A DNA stretch of 64,000 nucleotides from Podarcis tiliguerta (taxonomy: Eukaryota). The translations under genes and the position numbers were made by a program. The notes beneath the pieces were generated by a model. It saw only the letters and a list, made by a program, of their open reading frames with translations, had not been told where the DNA came from and ran no database searches. Location: NCBI GenBank assembly GCA_965153285.1, contig OZ229119.1; one strand, 5' to 3'. The stretch's first letter is position 1; every line of letters starts with the position of its first letter. Shown piece by piece: positions 59,556-64,000 of the stretch.

Positions 59556-62500
59556 AATGTAGGAACAGTATCATCTCACTAAGTATGAAAGAGAATATAC
59601 AAGGCCAGTAACGCTAAAGGTAAATATGCACCACGAGGTATTTTGAGACAAAGAGCTGGAAACTTTTCCCCTTCAACAAACAACAACAAAAAAAGGCAAT
59701 CTACCAGATAAGAATCCTGATAAGATCACATCTGCAAGGCAAGTATGCATGTGAGAATGAGCGGTCAAGGCTATTTATTATTCATTACAGTACTGTGAAC
59801 ACCAACAAAAAATTGCTGTGTGAGAAAAAAACACTGAATTATAGGTAGGAGAATTTCTTGGCTATGATGATGCCAAGGTGAAATGAGGCAGATACCACAG
59901 TTCACAACACCCAAGGGAGACTTGTAAAGGAAACACACCTCCATTAACATGGGAAGCAGCCTCTACATTCGGAACGTAAGCAAGTGAAATCTTTCTCCTT
60001 TCAAAGCAGCTTCTTGCCAGCAAAAGCATCCATATAAATTTCCTCTTCTAGTCTCTATCACTCGCCTCCATTTTAATAGTGGTAGTATTAGCTCAAAGAA
60101 GTCACAGATGGTGACTAGCATGCCGTCTTCCTTGAACAGTTCTGATGAACATTAGAAGACAAGGAATTGACTAATGCCAGTGCAGTATATATTCTACAGC
60201 AGTTCCAAGCTGGCATTGCTATTTTATGTTTCATCTGCGATGGGAATTGGTAGAAACTTTTAGGACAGAGTTTTGGAAAGGCATGCAAGGAAAAGCCACA
60301 TTGTAATTCTCCTGAGGAACAAGGGCAGTTGTAAAGGAGAACAAGTTGTAGAGTAAATCCTTAAAGACAGTGCATGAGGTGCCATTTCCTGAGGTTGAAC
60401 AAATGGAGGAGGTGCTATGTAGATAAATTCTCTCCTTGGGCTGTTTTGTGTCATGCTGCTGATTCTGGTCTAACACTGCATGGCAAGAAAGCACAGTCCT
60501 GTGAAACAGGCAGACATGACTTCATTTCTGAAGTTGATTTTAATTCCCTCCAAAAACAAATCTGCCTGGCAATCAAATAAGTCAACTTCTCTGAAGAGAT
60601 GGGTTCCATTAAGTCCTCCCATGACATGAACCTCTTTCCTCCTACATCAGTGTTGGAATTCAATGGACACAGAAACATTTTCAACAGTTTCGCAGGACTC
60701 TCTTTTCCTCCCCCAAACCATCTCTTGCTGAATGCATAGTTTACAATTCACTTACAAGAAAAAGAAGCAATGCTGACCACATATGGGACCTTTTTTTTGT
60801 TTGAAAAAGAAACAACCGCTTCTTAAAGTTCAGTATCAAAATTCACATTTGCATAATAATACATTTCAAGGCCATTAGAGAGGAATGAGAGCGAAGCAAG
60901 AAAGCTGCAGCATCTCTCCTCCCTTTGTCTTCCTGAATGGAGATGAAGAGAGCCTGCTAGAGCTTTCATTTGGGAAGGTTGCTGAGAGGTGCTACAGCAG
61001 CTCTTGATTTTGTACACCTTGCATTTGAGGTGGGGAGAAGAAGAGGTGGAATATATATGAAAAAAACAAATGAAAGTAGACACTGCAGATTCCCATGTTT
61101 AGCTACAAACAGCTTCAAAGAAACAAAGAATTACTTTTTGATTAAAAAACAACACTTCTTCCTCACCATTTCAAAAACATCTTATTTTCTTGTGTAATAC
61201 CCTGTTCATTTAAATGGCAACAATAAGTGTGCTAGAAGTTATAGGGTAGATTTTTTTCTTTCTATTATCAGGACACTGATAGAGGGCAAAAGTGTGCCTA
61301 CACCCAAGAATGGTAGAAGCTACAAAATACCTTCTTCTCTACATGCATAAATGTGTCTCAAACATCACTGCGTTTCATTTTCCAGTGCTTAAAAAAAAAA
61401 AAAGTTAAAGCAAGCCACATACACAAATGTAATAGGTACATAATACATATACGAATTCAACCAGCAACGGAGCACTAGCCTAAAAATGTCAACATGTGAA
61501 TTACAACCCATCCACACCTGGATGCATCTGCCACACACAACTGCATACTGCGCAGCTTAGAGACCAGCCCCAAAAGACACTGTATGTCAAAAGGTACCAG
61601 CAGGCTGGAATCTTTGCATTTGACCTTTAGAGAGAATAAACTGACTATCATCTCCCCCCTGTCAAGCCCAAGTAGTCTTCTCGGACTGACAGTCACATAC
61701 TCACAAAGGCACATTCAGAGATACCACATTTAACTTACTGCTTGTTCAAAACTAAAAACAAAACACAACCCTAAAAAAACCCACAAGGGAATGTTAAGCG
61801 CTTATATCCCAAATCCCATACCTACTGACCCAGCAAGAAGCATCACAATGTATCACTTCATGAGACCCTATTCTACCTTCAGAAGGTACATATTATGTTA
61901 AGAAGTTAACGCCTCTTTTTGCATAAATGATTTTTTTTTTCATTTTTGGCTTACACAATTTGGAATACAGCACACCCTCACTATAAAGCTCTGTTGTAAG
62001 GCTACTCCCTAAAGTAAGGCTGCTCTAACTTGGCTCCCTTTGTTTCCTTTATGCCCTGCCCCTTCCCACCCAAACTTCAAAGCACTCAGCACTTAATATA
62101 AAAGGAGGGTGAGCCAGTCTGGCTGGGATAAGGAAGGAGAAGAAAAGCACTTGATATTCACAACCATGCCACAAAAATTATTATCCAGCAAGCAAAGCAA
62201 TCTTTATAAGGAGGACTCAATTAACCGCTGCATTTTCTAATACAGAAAGACAATATGCATTTATTTTCTCTGATTAAAACATGGTAAGAAATGAGGAACT
62301 GTAGTTCTTTGAATGCATTAACTGGCATACTATTACCTAAGATGAGGCACTAAGCGCTTAAAAAAAACCCACCACTTCTTGCTCGACACTGTCCAACTGT
62401 GTTGTTTACCCATGGAACATTTCTCCATATTCTTATTTTATTTTGCTCCATGGACAGCTAATCATATGTCAAAATATACCCACAGGCTGCCTGGCACAAT

Positions 62501-64000
62501 GCTTTAACTTCAATAACCTGGATTTGTGTTAAAATGGATGGTTGTCAGGCTCAAGTAAAAACACATTCAAACTCTATGGCTAAAAAAAAAAATGCATTTT
62601 AAAAAAAGACAAGGGTATATATAACTCTAGCTATCACCACTGCCAAGTACATGAAGAAACTGGCTCTTAGTTGAGGTTGATTCTTTTGATCCTTCTATGG
62701 CCCATGTCTCTGAGAAATTTGTAAATATATGCCATACTGCACAAACTTAAGAAGCAGGTATGTTGACACTGTTCCATATCACACATTTGGTAACGTCTAT
62801 GGTGCCTGTTAAATATCCTCTCAGCCATGTGAAACTGCTTATCTGTATCTGACATGGCCATGGAGAACAGTTAAAGGGCACTTAGGTTGGTCTGACAACT
62901 GCTAGCATCTGATGAGGCCTGACAGTCAGAAGATCAGGTTAGAATTTTGTTCCCTATTGTAGCATAAGAGGGGAATAATCCTTTTAATTTGGCGACTGTT
63001 TGTATACATTTTAGCAATGTTCTGAAGGAGGATAAAAGCTATCTCCAGCACAAAATTTGTTTGTTTTACTCCTTTCACCCATCCTTAAGAGCACTACAGA
63101 ATTTTCTTAGAAATTTACTAATTCGTAACAGATCAAAACTGTATGACCAAATTGTATGGATCAGAGTCAATATATACTTTTTTTAAAAATCAGCAAAGTT
63201 TTAAACCTTTGAGAGGGATTGCTACATAGGAAAATCTGCAAAATATTATTGGAATAAAGAATAAACAAGATTACATCTTTGCTGATTAAGCCTTGTATTC
63301 AACAGGTGTAACTGTTACTACCAAATCATCCATCTACATAATGCTCCCAATATCATTAGCATATCATAACATGGAGACTAATCAGCATTCAAATGAACAG
63401 CTGTAGCTTTGTGGAAAATTAGGGAAACCAGTAATATAGATTTTATCCATCTTCCTTCAGTCAGTATCCCTCCAATCAATGCATGCCTCGGAAAGCATGT
63501 ATTCATTTCAGAATGCATCATTTTAACTGCATTTTGGGTAGCATTTGTATTATATGCAGAGTGTTTTTGCTGTTGCATATTTATAATGAAGGAACAATAC
63601 AGCTAAACTAAACAGAACCTTCTCAGGGGAGGACAGAGTATCTCAGTTAGCTAATACTATAAAAAAATAAAGGTGAGTGATTTGAACACTACTATTTGGA
63701 TGACAGTGAAGATCGGGTAACATTTGCCACGGCAGTGGAGGACAGAATAGAAAGAGGTGTTAATACTTGTTACACTTGCCAGTTCAAATGCCTGCACTGA
63801 AAATCAATCAGGAAATGTCTGTCTGTTTATATTCACTAATTTATTTTTAAAATTTTCAAAGATAAGGTGAAGAGTTTTGCTTTGGCTAAGTGGCAGAGGG
63901 AAAACATGCTTTTAACATATTCCTTTACAAAGGGAACCCAAGAGTGAAGGAAAAGCTCACTCTACCCACTTTATACGGGTGCACTGGAAAAGACTGCAAC

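Larger units (their letters stand above)
56935..64000 (-). other. TNRC6B: Putative distal 3'UTR of TNRC6B (no coding exon in window); AATAAA on - at 56955-56960
   Basis: Synteny (TNRC6B precedes ADSL on the same strand in amniotes), no young TEs over 7 kb, minus-strand U-rich tracts and many 8mer miRNA sites; gene identity is inference. Confidence 0.6.

Noticed and set aside
60119-60136. ATGCCGTCTTC resemblance to Illumina adapter
   Set aside because: Only 11 nt match, embedded in normal sequence

Overview
Vertebrate genomic DNA, almost certainly a squamate reptile and probably a lacertid lizard (full-length Sauria SINE, squamate tRNA-Lys/CR1-tail SINE, lizard-type MITEs). It holds the conserved TNRC6B-ADSL-SGSM3-MRTFA(MKL1) block. 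On + are the last 6 coding exons and 3'UTR of MRTFA (209-5879, UTR to about 8.4-9.3 kb). On - are the complete SGSM3 gene (21 coding exons, 751 aa, 26965->9808, with a non-coding exon 1 and CpG promoter at about 35.5 kb) and the complete ADSL gene (13 exons, 481 aa, 54271->37908). From about 56.9 kb to the window end is a repeat-poor, miRNA-site-rich tract that I infer is the distal TNRC6B 3'UTR; no TNRC6B coding exon is visible. All exons were read by hand, with splice sites and phases checked. Introns carry TA-flanked Tc1/mariner-superfamily MITEs, hAT-like MITEs, SINEs and LINE tails. I found no evidence of a new protein-coding system. The best leads are RNA-level: a twice-repeated 28-nt hairpin-forming element and a 13-nt miR-101 match in the putative TNRC6B UTR, an overlapping bidirectional poly(A) signal between MRTFA and SGSM3, candidate unannotated SGSM3 micro-exons, two MRTFA exons that seem absent from the human protein, and a yeast-like SSAMAYK catalytic loop in ADSL.
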